Assembly (NCBI GenBank): GCA_963846575.1 | Contig: CAWJWJ010000002.1 | Location: forward strand, 832,001 to 896,000 | From: an uncultured Nitrospiraceae bacterium | GTDB taxonomy: Bacteria > Nitrospirota > Nitrospiria > Nitrospirales > Nitrospiraceae | DNA length: 64,000 nt | Direction: 5' to 3' | Part shown: in pieces, positions 1 through 9,038 of the stretch | How positions within the stretch are numbered: position 1 is the first letter of the stretch | Layout: the number at the start of each line of letters is the position of its first letter | The notes under the pieces: model-generated | The model's input: the letters and a program-made list of their open reading frames with translations, nothing else | Databases searched by the model: none | Told to the model about the DNA's origin: nothing | Program-made: the position numbers and the translations under genes

Positions 1-61
1 GGGCCTCCAAATTGTGGCCGCCGTCGCCTTTTGGGCCACGATGAGGAAATGTCCCCGGTAG

Positions 62-70
62 TGTTATAAT
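62..70 (+). promoter_or_regulatory. Extended -10 sigma70 element (TGnTATAAT) followed by a GC-rich discriminator
   Basis: TGTTATAAT at 62-70 followed by GCCGCCGC, about 160 nt upstream of the riboflavin synthase start. Confidence 0.5.
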
Positions 71-233
71 GCCGCCGCATTTTTCTGAGGGACATCACAT
101 TTTTCAAAAGGACGTTTGACAAATGGATACGGATTTTCTCGAGATTGTGCAACGCGCCATTGCGGCGGTTGGTGCCCTTGGACTGCTGAGTTTTTGTCTG
201 TATCTACTGAACCATCGCAAAGGAAGTTAAGGT

Positions 234-890
234 ATGTTCAGCGGTATCGTGGAAGAAGTGGGCGCGGTCTCCCTCCAGAACAGGGGCTTGGCCGGGACCC
301 GTCTGACCATCATGGCCTCGACGATCATGGGGGACCTCATCATCGGTGCCAGCGTCAGTGTGAACGGCACCTGCCTCACTGTGGTGGCAAGAACGGATCA
401 CGATTTTTCTGTAGATGTCTCGCCGGAAACGCTTCAGGCCACGACTCTAGGTAGTCTCGCATCCGGTTCGCCCGTCAACTTGGAACGGGCCATGAAACTG
501 AACGATCGGATCGGCGGGCATATGGTATCCGGGCACGTCGATGGGATCGGGGCGCTCCGCAGCCGGCACCAGGACGGCAATGCGCTGATTCTGGAGGTAG
601 AAGCGCCCAAGGATATCCTGCGCTTGTGCGTGGTCAAGGGATCGATCACGGTGGATGGTATCAGTCTTACCATCAACGAGATCACCGAGCGGTCATTCGT
701 GGTCTCGATCATTCCCCATACCGCCAAAGTCACCACGCTTGGTTTGAAGCAGGTGGGCGACCAGGTAAATCTCGAATCGGACCTCATCGGCAAGTACGTC
801 GAACGCCTGCTGCAGGAACGCGGCATCCTCCCGCCCAAACCGGCCCCGGTCATCGATAAGGATTATTTAAAGAGGCGGGGATTGCTCTAA
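234..890 (+). CDS. ribE: Riboflavin synthase (alpha chain)
   Basis: N-terminal MFSGIVEE signature; two lumazine-binding repeats (SVSVNGTCLTV, SITVDGISLTI); GGHMVSGHVD; VNLESD. Confidence 0.97.
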   Translation: MFSGIVEEVGAVSLQNRGLAGTRLTIMASTIMGDLIIGASVSVNGTCLTVVARTDHDFSVDVSPETLQATTLGSLASGSPVNLERAMKLNDRIGGHMVSGHVDGIGALRSRHQDGNALILEVEAPKDILRLCVVKGSITVDGISLTINEITERSFVVSIIPHTAKVTTLGLKQVGDQVNLESDLIGKYVERLLQERGILPPKPAPVIDKDYLKRRGLL

Positions 891-918
891 TTACGATGAC
901 ACGTCGCACGGAGATCGC

Positions 919-1530
919 GTGATCAGTAGGCGCGCAGTGTTCGGTTGCCTGGCTGTCCTTGTCATGTTTTCCGGCTGTGCGGCGCCTGGAGTCGTTGCAA
1001 CCAGCGATCCTGGTCAAAAATTGAGAGAGGCCTATGCATTGTTCGAGAGGAAGCATCGGCCGGTTCCGGCCGAACGCCGGATTCGGGAAGCCATTTCAAT
1101 ATACGAAGAGAACCAGGACGATCTTGGTTTGGCGGAAGCCCACCGCGCCTACGGATTGTTCTTCCGGTCGCGCGCCGTCGAAGAATGGCGCGAACACTAT
1201 GAAGGAGGATTTCTGGAACCTGGCGCCGCTTTTGCGAACAGGTTCGAAAAGTCCGTCGGACATTTCAGCAGGGCGGCGGAAATCCTAGACCGGCACCAGC
1301 GACATGATCGGCTCGCTAATATCTATCTGAATGGCGCCATTACGTATGAAATACATCATCAGCCTCAGCAGGCTTGTGACTGGTTCAGCAGAAGCCTCGA
1401 GAGCAACGAACGTTATTTGAAAGAGCATCCCGACGCAACGATCGATTTGCCCGATGGGTTTGCCTCGTTTGAGGCGTTTGTGATTTCCAGGAAAAATAAT
1501 CTGCAGTGTCTGCCGGATAGGCGTAACTGA
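919..1530 (+). CDS. Hypothetical lipoprotein with TPR-like helical repeats
   Basis: Signal peptide with lipobox FSGC; helical A-x-x-Y/F patterns (LAEAHRAYG, FSRAAEI, ACDWFSRSLE). Confidence 0.65.
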   Translation: MISRRAVFGCLAVLVMFSGCAAPGVVATSDPGQKLREAYALFERKHRPVPAERRIREAISIYEENQDDLGLAEAHRAYGLFFRSRAVEEWREHYEGGFLEPGAAFANRFEKSVGHFSRAAEILDRHQRHDRLANIYLNGAITYEIHHQPQQACDWFSRSLESNERYLKEHPDATIDLPDGFASFEAFVISRKNNLQCLPDRRN

Positions 1531-1776
1531 GAAAACTCGGACTCTCAATCCCTGCAGTCCTGTCCTGCAACGATCCCGCCTTGTCATTGAGGAGGGAATT
1601 TTGTCCCGACACTCACCCCGATTACTCGTTCCGGATGTATCACTCCGCTGGGGAGGTTGGACGGCTATCGCGCAATCCCCCACCCAGGGTCTGCCTCCAC
1701 CGCTGCCTGCGCATGCCGGCGTGCTGGTACGTCCGTCCTGTCTCAGACGGTCGGTCAGGCCCTAGCCGTCTCTCGC

Positions 1777-2322
1777 TTATTTCACCACGAATACCTTGGA
1801 GTCTTCGCCGGAAGCAGTGGTGACCGTCGTCATGGCCAGGCCTTTGCGCTTACCGCTCGGCACGGTGGCTGTGATTTGAGTGTCACTCTCGAATTTGAAC
1901 GTGGCGGGGTAACCGGGTCCGAACGATACCGAGCGCAGGCAGTCGGCAGGACCGAAGTTCTTACCGGCAATCGTCACCTTGTCACCGGCTGTCCCTTCAT
2001 CCGGCGTCATCGACGCGATTATCGGCGCTTCACCGTAACAGGCCTGGCCCTTGGCTGCCGTTTCCGCGGAGCTATATTTGGGCGCCGGGGCTTTAGTCGT
2101 GGGGGCCGCAGCGGGTGTGGCCTTCTTTTCTCCGCCCTTTGAGGTGGGTTTCTTCTCGGGAGCCTTCTTGACCACTGGCGCCTTGCTCGCGGCCGGTGGC
2201 GTGGCTTTTTCAGCCGGCCTCTTTGCGTCCTCCGCTGCAGTCGCATAGGACATCCCGCCCAATAACATGATCCCTAGTGCCGCCGCGACCACGATGCCCT
2301 GTCCGTTTCTCAGCCTCTGCAT
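1777..2322 (-). CDS. Exported IPT/TIG-domain protein with Lys/Ala/Pro-rich linker
   Basis: Signal peptide; low-complexity linker; C-terminal PIIASMTPDEGTAGDKVTIAGKNFG...SDTQITATVP IPT/TIG pattern; GGAGG RBS. Confidence 0.8.
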   Translation of the reverse strand: MQRLRNGQGIVVAAALGIMLLGGMSYATAAEDAKRPAEKATPPAASKAPVVKKAPEKKPTSKGGEKKATPAAAPTTKAPAPKYSSAETAAKGQACYGEAPIIASMTPDEGTAGDKVTIAGKNFGPADCLRSVSFGPGYPATFKFESDTQITATVPSGKRKGLAMTTVTTASGEDSKVFVVK

Positions 2323-2378
2323 GACCAGCCTCCCTGCATACCGTTAAAAAATCGTGGCCCGACTGAACCAGAACCGGT

Positions 2379-4268
2379 TCAGTCCTCAATGGTCGAAATG
2401 TCGCCGACATCCTGTCCCAATTCTTTGGCTTTGAGTACCCGCCGCATGATCTTTCCCGAACGTGTCTTCGGTAACGATGCCACTATGTCGATTTCCTGCG
2501 GGACTGCGATTTTCCCAAGTTCCTTCAGTACCTGATTTTTAAGCGATTGGACTAGTTCCTTCGAATCCTCATATCCCTGCTTCAATATGACAAAGGCCTT
2601 GATGGCTTCGCCCGCCGTGCGATGCGGTTTGCCGATCACTGCGGCTTCGGCGACGGCCTCGTGACTTACGAGTGCGCTTTCGACCTCCGCGGTCCCGATG
2701 CGATTGCCGGCCACTTTGATCACATCGTCCGCTCGACCCATGAACCACATGTAGCCGTCATTGTCCTTCCGGCAGACGTCGCCCGCCGTATAACAATTGG
2801 GAATCGTATTCCAGTACACTTTGTAGCGGTCGGGATCTTTGTAGATTGTCCGCATCATCGAGGGCCAAGGCTGCCTGATAACGGCGAAGCCGCCGGCATT
2901 GTTGGGCAGGCTCCGGCCTTCCTTATCCACCACGTCGGCCTCAATGCCGAGAAAAGGTCTGGTCGCGGACCCCGGTTTGAGGGGTACGGAAGGGAGCGGA
3001 GTTATCAGAATGGAGCCGGTCTCGGTTTGCCACCAGGTGTCCATGATGGGTTTGTTGCTTCCGGTGACGCGGTAAAACCATTCCCAGGCCTCCGGGTTGA
3101 TCGGTTCCCCGACGCTGCCGAGAATGCGCAAGCCGGAGAGATCGAATTTTTTCGGCCACTCTTCGCCGTATTTCATCAGGAGGCGAATGGCAGTGGGGGT
3201 CGTGTAAAAAATCGACACGCCATATCGTTCGATGAGATCCCACCAGCGGCCGGGGTTCGGGTAGTCGGGCTTACCCTCGGCCATGAGGACCGTGGCGCCG
3301 TTCAAGAGCGGACCGTAGACGATGTAACTGTGTCCAGTGACCCAGCCCGGATCCGCCACACAAAAATAGACGTCTTCTTCCTTGAGGTCGAAGACGTACT
3401 TCGTGGTGATGTAGGTGCCGACCATATAGCCACCGTGAACATGCACCACGCCCTTCGGTTTCCCCGTGGTTCCCGACGTATACAGTATGTACAGCGGGTG
3501 TTCTGCGTCGAGCGGTTCAGCGGGACAGACAGCGGTCTGTCCTTTGAGCCAATCCTTCCAATCGATTTCCTTCGGCTCGATGAGCGCGATTCCCTGCGCC
3601 TCTCGACGCACCACGACGACCTTCTCGACCGAGGGGCAGGATCGTACGGCATCGTCGACGACGCCTTTGAGGTTAATGGTTTTCCCACGATCGTAGCCGA
3701 CGTCCGCTGTGATTACGACGCGCGCCTCAGCGTCTTGAATGCGGCTCGCGAGGGCGGGGGCGCTAAAGCCGGAATACACGACACTGTGGATGACCCCAAT
3801 CCTGGCACAGGCGAGCATGGCCACGACCTGTTCGGGAATTTTAGGAAGGTAGATGGTGACACGATCGCCTTTCTCCAGCCCGAGTGCCTTGAGGGCATTC
3901 GCGCAGCGGTTGACCTGACGCAGCAACTCTCCATATGTGAAAATGCGTTCTTCGCCGTTCTCTCCCACCCAAATGACGGCAACCTTGTTCCGGCGCCAAC
4001 CGTTGGCGTGGCGATCCAGACAGTTATAGGCAATGTTGCAGGTCGCTCCTACAAACCACTTGGCCCAGGGATAGTTCCACTCCAGGATGCGGTGCCACGG
4101 CGTAAACCATTCCAATTCTTTGGCGACGCCGCTCCAGAACCCTTCCGGGTCTGCGATAGAGGCCTTGTAGGCCTGGTCATAGTCTTGAATATGCGCCGCT
4201 GCCTTTGTGCGGGCGGTCGGCTGAATGATGCGGCCCTCCTTCACGAGGGTATCGATCTTCTCGTCCAT
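2379..4268 (-). CDS. acs: Acetyl-CoA synthetase (AMP-forming)
   Basis: YILYTSGTTGKPKG, DTWWQTETG and PKTRSGKIMRR motifs; start moved to the ATG at 4268, which follows a GGAGG RBS. Confidence 0.97.
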   Translation of the reverse strand: MDEKIDTLVKEGRIIQPTARTKAAAHIQDYDQAYKASIADPEGFWSGVAKELEWFTPWHRILEWNYPWAKWFVGATCNIAYNCLDRHANGWRRNKVAVIWVGENGEERIFTYGELLRQVNRCANALKALGLEKGDRVTIYLPKIPEQVVAMLACARIGVIHSVVYSGFSAPALASRIQDAEARVVITADVGYDRGKTINLKGVVDDAVRSCPSVEKVVVVRREAQGIALIEPKEIDWKDWLKGQTAVCPAEPLDAEHPLYILYTSGTTGKPKGVVHVHGGYMVGTYITTKYVFDLKEEDVYFCVADPGWVTGHSYIVYGPLLNGATVLMAEGKPDYPNPGRWWDLIERYGVSIFYTTPTAIRLLMKYGEEWPKKFDLSGLRILGSVGEPINPEAWEWFYRVTGSNKPIMDTWWQTETGSILITPLPSVPLKPGSATRPFLGIEADVVDKEGRSLPNNAGGFAVIRQPWPSMMRTIYKDPDRYKVYWNTIPNCYTAGDVCRKDNDGYMWFMGRADDVIKVAGNRIGTAEVESALVSHEAVAEAAVIGKPHRTAGEAIKAFVILKQGYEDSKELVQSLKNQVLKELGKIAVPQEIDIVASLPKTRSGKIMRRVLKAKELGQDVGDISTIED

Positions 4269-4433
4269 ATGCGTCGTGCCTCCACAATGCGCAAGCCTCT
4301 TGCGCGCGCGTTCATTCGTGGCTGGCATTATGCGGATAGGCCTGAGGAACTGCAACCCTTCGCCTTGTGAGGGAGGCGTGACTGAATAGCGGCGAGACCG
4401 CATGGTATAAGGACAAGGGCTTACTCTGCTTTC

Positions 4434-4463
4434 TTGACAGTCGAGGCGAGACGAGGGTAGGCT
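4434..4463 (+). promoter_or_regulatory. Candidate sigma70 promoter for the caspase-fold/TPR gene
   Basis: TTGACA (4434-4439), 18-nt spacer, TAGGCT (4458-4463), about 30 nt before the start codon. Confidence 0.4.
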
Positions 4464-4492
4464 GAAACCGTCGCACCTCACCGGATGCACTT

Positions 4493-5881
4493 GTGATGTC
4501 CTCACTAATACCTCACCGTTTGTTTCGAATTGCCGTCTGTCTCTTTTTTCTGGGTATTGCCGGAATATGGGGGAGCGGATCCGATGGCCTTGCCCAATTG
4601 GGAAAGCCGGAGGGACTTTATTATAAGTCCTGGGCCGTAGTCGTCGGCATCGAGAACTATCTCGTAGTGCCGAAAGTGCCCGGGGCGTTGGAAAGCGCCT
4701 CCGCCGTAGCCGGGGCTCTGCGAGGACTCGGGTTCGATGAAGTAATTGAACTCCGGGATAAGGACGCGAGCTTCAGGCGTCTGACGCAAATTCTCAACGA
4801 CTACCTGCCGAGAAAGGTCGGGAGACAGGACCGGGTCGTGCTGTTTTTTGCAGGTCACGCCGGCATCGCGCAAGAATCCCCGTCCACTGAACTGGGCTAC
4901 TTCGTTCCCTGGGATGCCCAGCTGACCAACACCAGCAAGACCATTACGCTGGATCAATTAAAAGAATTCAGCCGGCGATCCGCTTCAAAACACATGCTCT
5001 TGCTCTTCGATGCCAACCTCCGAGGCTGGGAAGTGACCGCGCCGCAACCTCTGTCGTTGGAGGGACGATTATCTCCCGAAGATGACACGGAAAAACGGGC
5101 TATCCAAGCGCTGACCTCCGCCGTGAACGCTGAAACGGTGGCACACAGTTCGGGAGTGAGTCCATTTGCCAGCGCGTTGGTTGCCGGTATGACGGGTTCG
5201 GCGGACCTCAATAAGAATGGCTGGGTCATGGCTAGCGAACTAGCGGCGTATGTGACGCAGACAGTGGAATCTGCCACCAAGGGGGCACAACATCCTCAGT
5301 TCGTTCAATTGGAGGGGGAGGGGGATGTCGTACTCATCGAGGGAAAGAAAGCGTTGTTTCATCTTGGGAGCGACCCGACGAGCGAGGCCGATCGATTAAA
5401 GGCGGCCCGCACACAATATGAACAGGCATTCGCCTTGCTCGAGCAGCACAAATCGGCTGAGGAGGCCCTGGAGCGGTTGAACCGTGCGATTGCCTACGAC
5501 CCGTCATTTGGAGATGCTTATGTGCTGAAAAGTTACGTGCGGCTCGAGGTCTTGCCGAACCTGGAAGAATCTCTGGCGGCTGCGCGAGCGGCCGTTCAAT
5601 ATGCTCCTCAGAATCCGGATTCGCATTACTCGCTTGGACTTGCCTTGGAGAAGAAGACGCAGTTTCGCGAGGCCGAGGCCGCCATGCAGCAGGCGCTCGC
5701 CGTCAACCCGGCCTATGCGGATGTGTACCTCTCGCTGGGTACGCTGTACGCCGACCACTTGAATGAGCCGCAGAAATCGGTCGACGCGTTTCGCCGGTAC
5801 ATTGAGTTAGGTGGACAAAATGAGCGTGCGGCCGGCGCCGTGCAAGGCGGTAATTCCTCGACCGGGAAGCCAGGACCTTAG
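4493..5881 (+). CDS. Exported caspase-family (peptidase C14) domain plus TPR protein, probably catalytically inactive
   Basis: Signal peptide; WAVVVGIENY, VLFFAGHAG, GYFVPWD, LLLFDAN, DLNKNGWVMASEL, QHPQF; C-terminal TPRs (YDPSFGDAY, PQNPDSHYSLG, NPAYADVYLSLG). Confidence 0.85.
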   Translation: MMSSLIPHRLFRIAVCLFFLGIAGIWGSGSDGLAQLGKPEGLYYKSWAVVVGIENYLVVPKVPGALESASAVAGALRGLGFDEVIELRDKDASFRRLTQILNDYLPRKVGRQDRVVLFFAGHAGIAQESPSTELGYFVPWDAQLTNTSKTITLDQLKEFSRRSASKHMLLLFDANLRGWEVTAPQPLSLEGRLSPEDDTEKRAIQALTSAVNAETVAHSSGVSPFASALVAGMTGSADLNKNGWVMASELAAYVTQTVESATKGAQHPQFVQLEGEGDVVLIEGKKALFHLGSDPTSEADRLKAARTQYEQAFALLEQHKSAEEALERLNRAIAYDPSFGDAYVLKSYVRLEVLPNLEESLAAARAAVQYAPQNPDSHYSLGLALEKKTQFREAEAAMQQALAVNPAYADVYLSLGTLYADHLNEPQKSVDAFRRYIELGGQNERAAGAVQGGNSSTGKPGP

Positions 5882-6281
5882 TCTTTCCCACCACCTTTTA
5901 AGTAACCCAGTCCGATTTTCAACGCACGGCGCGTGATTTCCGGCCAACGTGCTTGGGGGTACTCGGCCAATACCGCCGCTGCTTTTGGATCCTGGATATC
6001 GAGTTGCACGACTTTGATGATACCGTCTTCGATTTGAACATCTGCCATGGGCTGGTCTCCTCCGGTAATTTCTGTTTCCTGTGGTCAGTGAGTCCATCAA
6101 CCGGATAAGTTGTTGCGCGTTGACTCTCCTCAGGGTGCATGTTAGCATAAAAAAACCTGAATTTTCGCGCAATTGTGTGCCTGTCACAATTGAACCTCGC
6201 ACGTCTGACACTTTCATTTTGCATCTCGCCCGCGAAGCTGAGCCGTCAGCTCTCACATGCGTCACACCAAGGAGGAATCGT

Positions 6282-6848
6282 ATGAGCAGAGTAGGGGGGG
6301 CTTTCTCGAGATGTGCCTTGAGCGCCCTGGCGCTCGCATTGTTGATCGGGCTGGCTGCTTGTGGTGGTCCACCCAACTGGGTCAAAAACGGGTCGGGCGC
6401 CTATAACGAAAAGAACGACAAGTCATTTTACGGGGTGGGCTCCGTGGTGGGCGTGCGGAATGAACCGTTAGCGTGGGATACAGCCGAGAACCGGAGCCGC
6501 GCCGAAATTGCCAAGACGTTTGAAACCTACACCGCCTATCTCATGCGAGACTATGCCGCTTCGACGACTGCCGGAGATTTTTCTCGTAACAGTGAGGAAC
6601 AGAACATCGAACGAGCTGTGAAGACCTTCTCCGCCGTGACTCTGAACGGGGTGAAGCCGATGGCTCGATACCATGACGAAAAATCCGGTGCCTACTATGT
6701 TCTGACGAAACTCAGCCTCGAAGACATGAAAAACAATCTCGAGCAGGCGAAGGAGTTAAACGGGCAGGTCCGCGATTTTGTACGGAAGAATGCAGACCGG
6801 TTGTTTGATCGTCTTGAAAAGGAAGAGGATAAGCGGGCGACTAAATAA
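6282..6848 (+). CDS. LPP20-like lipoprotein
   Basis: AAGGAGG RBS before the ATG at 6282; lipobox LAAC; PPNWV...FYGVGS...AENRSRAEIAK pattern. Confidence 0.75.
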   Translation: MSRVGGAFSRCALSALALALLIGLAACGGPPNWVKNGSGAYNEKNDKSFYGVGSVVGVRNEPLAWDTAENRSRAEIAKTFETYTAYLMRDYAASTTAGDFSRNSEEQNIERAVKTFSAVTLNGVKPMARYHDEKSGAYYVLTKLSLEDMKNNLEQAKELNGQVRDFVRKNADRLFDRLEKEEDKRATK

Positions 6849-6897
6849 TCAGACGGTGCATCGACGACGTTGCAATGGGTGGTCTGGAGGAGATGGA

Positions 6898-7527
6898 ATG
6901 ATGGAGCCGTGCAAGCGTTCACTGGGCCTGGCAGTCGCGACGATGGTGCTCTTGTCGTCGGCCGCCTCTCTGACCGGTTGCGGACACGAAACGAAAGTGA
7001 CTCGCGTGGATACCGGCGTCGTCACGGATTTAAGCGGACGTTGGAACGATACGGATTCCCAGACGGTGGCGCAGGGGATGGTGAAGGAGGCGCTGTCCAA
7101 CCCATGGCTCGCAAACTTCACCAAGGGCAAGAATCGGGAACCGGTGGTGGTGGTTGGCACGGTACTCAATCGAAGTCATGAGCATATCAATGTTCAGACG
7201 TTCGTGGGCGACCTGGAGCGGGAATTGACGAATTCGCAGAAGGTCACGTTCGTTGCCGGTAAAGGCGAACGGGAAGAAGTACGTGAGGAGCGGCGCGAAC
7301 AAGCCGTCCATGCACGGGAGGATACGCAAAAAGCTCCAGGCAAGGAATTGGGCGCCGACTACATGATGCGCGGGAGCATTTCCACCATCTTGGACGAGCA
7401 GGACGGGGCGAAGGCCGTGTATTACCAGGTCGACCTCGAAATGGTGGATATGGAGAGCAACGTCAAAGCCTGGTTCGGGCAGAAAAAAATCAAAAAGGTC
7501 ATCGAGAGAAAGCGAACGATTTTTTAG
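6898..7527 (+). CDS. lpoB: Penicillin-binding protein activator LpoB-family lipoprotein
   Basis: Lipobox LTGC; DLSGRWNDTD, NRSHEHIN, GKELGADYMMRGSI, YYQVDLEMVD...W...KKIKK. Confidence 0.8.
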   Translation: MMEPCKRSLGLAVATMVLLSSAASLTGCGHETKVTRVDTGVVTDLSGRWNDTDSQTVAQGMVKEALSNPWLANFTKGKNREPVVVVGTVLNRSHEHINVQTFVGDLERELTNSQKVTFVAGKGEREEVREERREQAVHAREDTQKAPGKELGADYMMRGSISTILDEQDGAKAVYYQVDLEMVDMESNVKAWFGQKKIKKVIERKRTIF

Positions 7528-7541
7528 CCCTGCGTACTCTG

Positions 7542-9038
7542 TTGAAACCGCACCTTCCATCGACCACGGCCTCCTGTCACGGAGGCCGTTTCATTTTATT
7601 TCCGCCGGTTGGTTTTCTTCTGCTGGCGCTACTCAGCGGGCTCTCGGGGTGCGGCCTCTCCGGAAATCGCTACGTGCTCATCGATCAGAGTCTTCTGGCG
7701 AACGATCCGCGTGAGGCCGATGCCATCGTGGCGCGGGCCGTGTCTGAATATGGTGCCCGTAACCGATTGTTGTACGACATGGACAGAGGGATGACGCTAC
7801 ATCTCGCGGGTGACTACCTTCAGAGCAATGTCCAACTCGAACATGCAGCGCAGGACGTCGAACGCTTATATACCAGAACCATCAGGACTGAAACTGCGGC
7901 CTTCCTCACGAACGACAACCTCTTGCCCTACGAAGGCGAGGCCTATGAACATGTGATGATTAATGTCGTTAAAGCATTGAATTATGCCGCCATGGGACAA
8001 TTGACCGACGCCGTCGTCGAGGCCAGGCAGATTGATCATCGTTTGAATGTGTTGTCGGATAGAACCAAAGACACGGATGGATATCGTGAGGATGCATTCG
8101 CGCGCTATTTGACCGGGGTGCTGTACGAGGCGACCGGCGATCTGAACAATGCCTTCATTGCGTATCGGAACGCCTATGAGATCTATCAACGCACGCGCGG
8201 ATGGGCCGGTACGCCGATTCCGTCGATGCTTCAGGGGGATCTTCTACGGACCAGCGAAGCACTTCACATGACCAATGAGTTCGAGGAATACCGGCGCCAA
8301 TTTCCAGAGACGCGCTGGCTTTCTTCAGGGGAGCATCCCGACCTCGCCCAGGTGGTGGTGATCAGCTATAATGGGCGCGCGCCGCGTAAAGAGGATAATT
8401 ATGTCGATCTCCCCGTCAGCCTGAGCGCACTCCAACTGGTGCTGCTGAATCGGGGCGTCATCCACTCCTCCAATCGGCAGGAGCGCCGGGCAGCGGACAG
8501 CGTTCTGTACGGTCTGAATGGTCGTGTGGTCAGGGTGGCGCTGCCCCGGCTCATCCCGCAAAAAACTCAAGTGCTCTATGAGGACGTGACGCTGGTCCCG
8601 AGAGGTGGGGAAGCCATTTCGAGAAAATCCGAGCTGGTATATAACGGCACGGCCCTGGCGGAGAGGTCCCTGTCGGATCGCATGCCGGGCATTATGACCA
8701 AAGCGCTCGCACGTGCGGCGTTGAAGTTTGCAGCCGCCGAAGGGGCCACACGTGGGGCCCAGCATGCGGTCAACAAAGGTGATGCGCACTGGGTCGGACT
8801 CGTGGTCGGGCTGCTTGCCCATGGACTCGCGGTGGCCTCGGAAGAGGCTGATACCCGGAGTTGGAGAACGTTGCCTGATGAGATTCAAATCTCCCGATTG
8901 TGGGTGCCGGCCGGTGAATACGAGAGTCGGATTCAGACCGTGACACGGGCCGGCGGAGCACCTCGCACCGTCGGGACGCGTCCGCTGGTCCTGCGAGCCG
9001 GACAGACAGTGTTCTTGATCCAACGAGTGGTCCTATGA
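7542..9038 (+). CDS. COG3014-family TPR-like lipoprotein
   Basis: Lipobox LSGC; PYEGEAYEHVMIN, AVVEARQ, ADTRSWRTLP signature; start codon uncertain (TTG at 7542). Confidence 0.8.
   Translation: MKPHLPSTTASCHGGRFILFPPVGFLLLALLSGLSGCGLSGNRYVLIDQSLLANDPREADAIVARAVSEYGARNRLLYDMDRGMTLHLAGDYLQSNVQLEHAAQDVERLYTRTIRTETAAFLTNDNLLPYEGEAYEHVMINVVKALNYAAMGQLTDAVVEARQIDHRLNVLSDRTKDTDGYREDAFARYLTGVLYEATGDLNNAFIAYRNAYEIYQRTRGWAGTPIPSMLQGDLLRTSEALHMTNEFEEYRRQFPETRWLSSGEHPDLAQVVVISYNGRAPRKEDNYVDLPVSLSALQLVLLNRGVIHSSNRQERRAADSVLYGLNGRVVRVALPRLIPQKTQVLYEDVTLVPRGGEAISRKSELVYNGTALAERSLSDRMPGIMTKALARAALKFAAAEGATRGAQHAVNKGDAHWVGLVVGLLAHGLAVASEEADTRSWRTLPDEIQISRLWVPAGEYESRIQTVTRAGGAPRTVGTRPLVLRAGQTVFLIQRVVL
7566..7601 (+). 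terminator. Intrinsic terminator-like hairpin 39 nt after the lpoB stop
   Basis: Perfect 9-bp stem ACGGCCTCC/GGAGGCCGT with a 6-nt loop, followed by TTCATTTTATTT. Confidence 0.6.

Noticed and set aside
70..233. Possible FMN riboswitch in the leader of the riboflavin synthase gene
   Set aside because: The conserved RFN segments (AGGGCGGGG...TTCCCGACCGGCGGT, AGTCCGGATGG) are not present
2622..4370. 582-aa plus-strand ORF
   Set aside because: Antisense shadow of acs, typical of high-GC coding DNA; no motifs
4269..4505. N-terminal extension of acs in the ORF track
   Set aside because: Low-quality sequence overlapping the divergent promoter region; the RBS supports a start at 4268
5807..6385. 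Minus-strand ORFs or an ncRNA in the 400-bp gap before the lipoprotein operon
   Set aside because: No RBS, protein motif or recognisable RNA family; more likely a promoter/leader region
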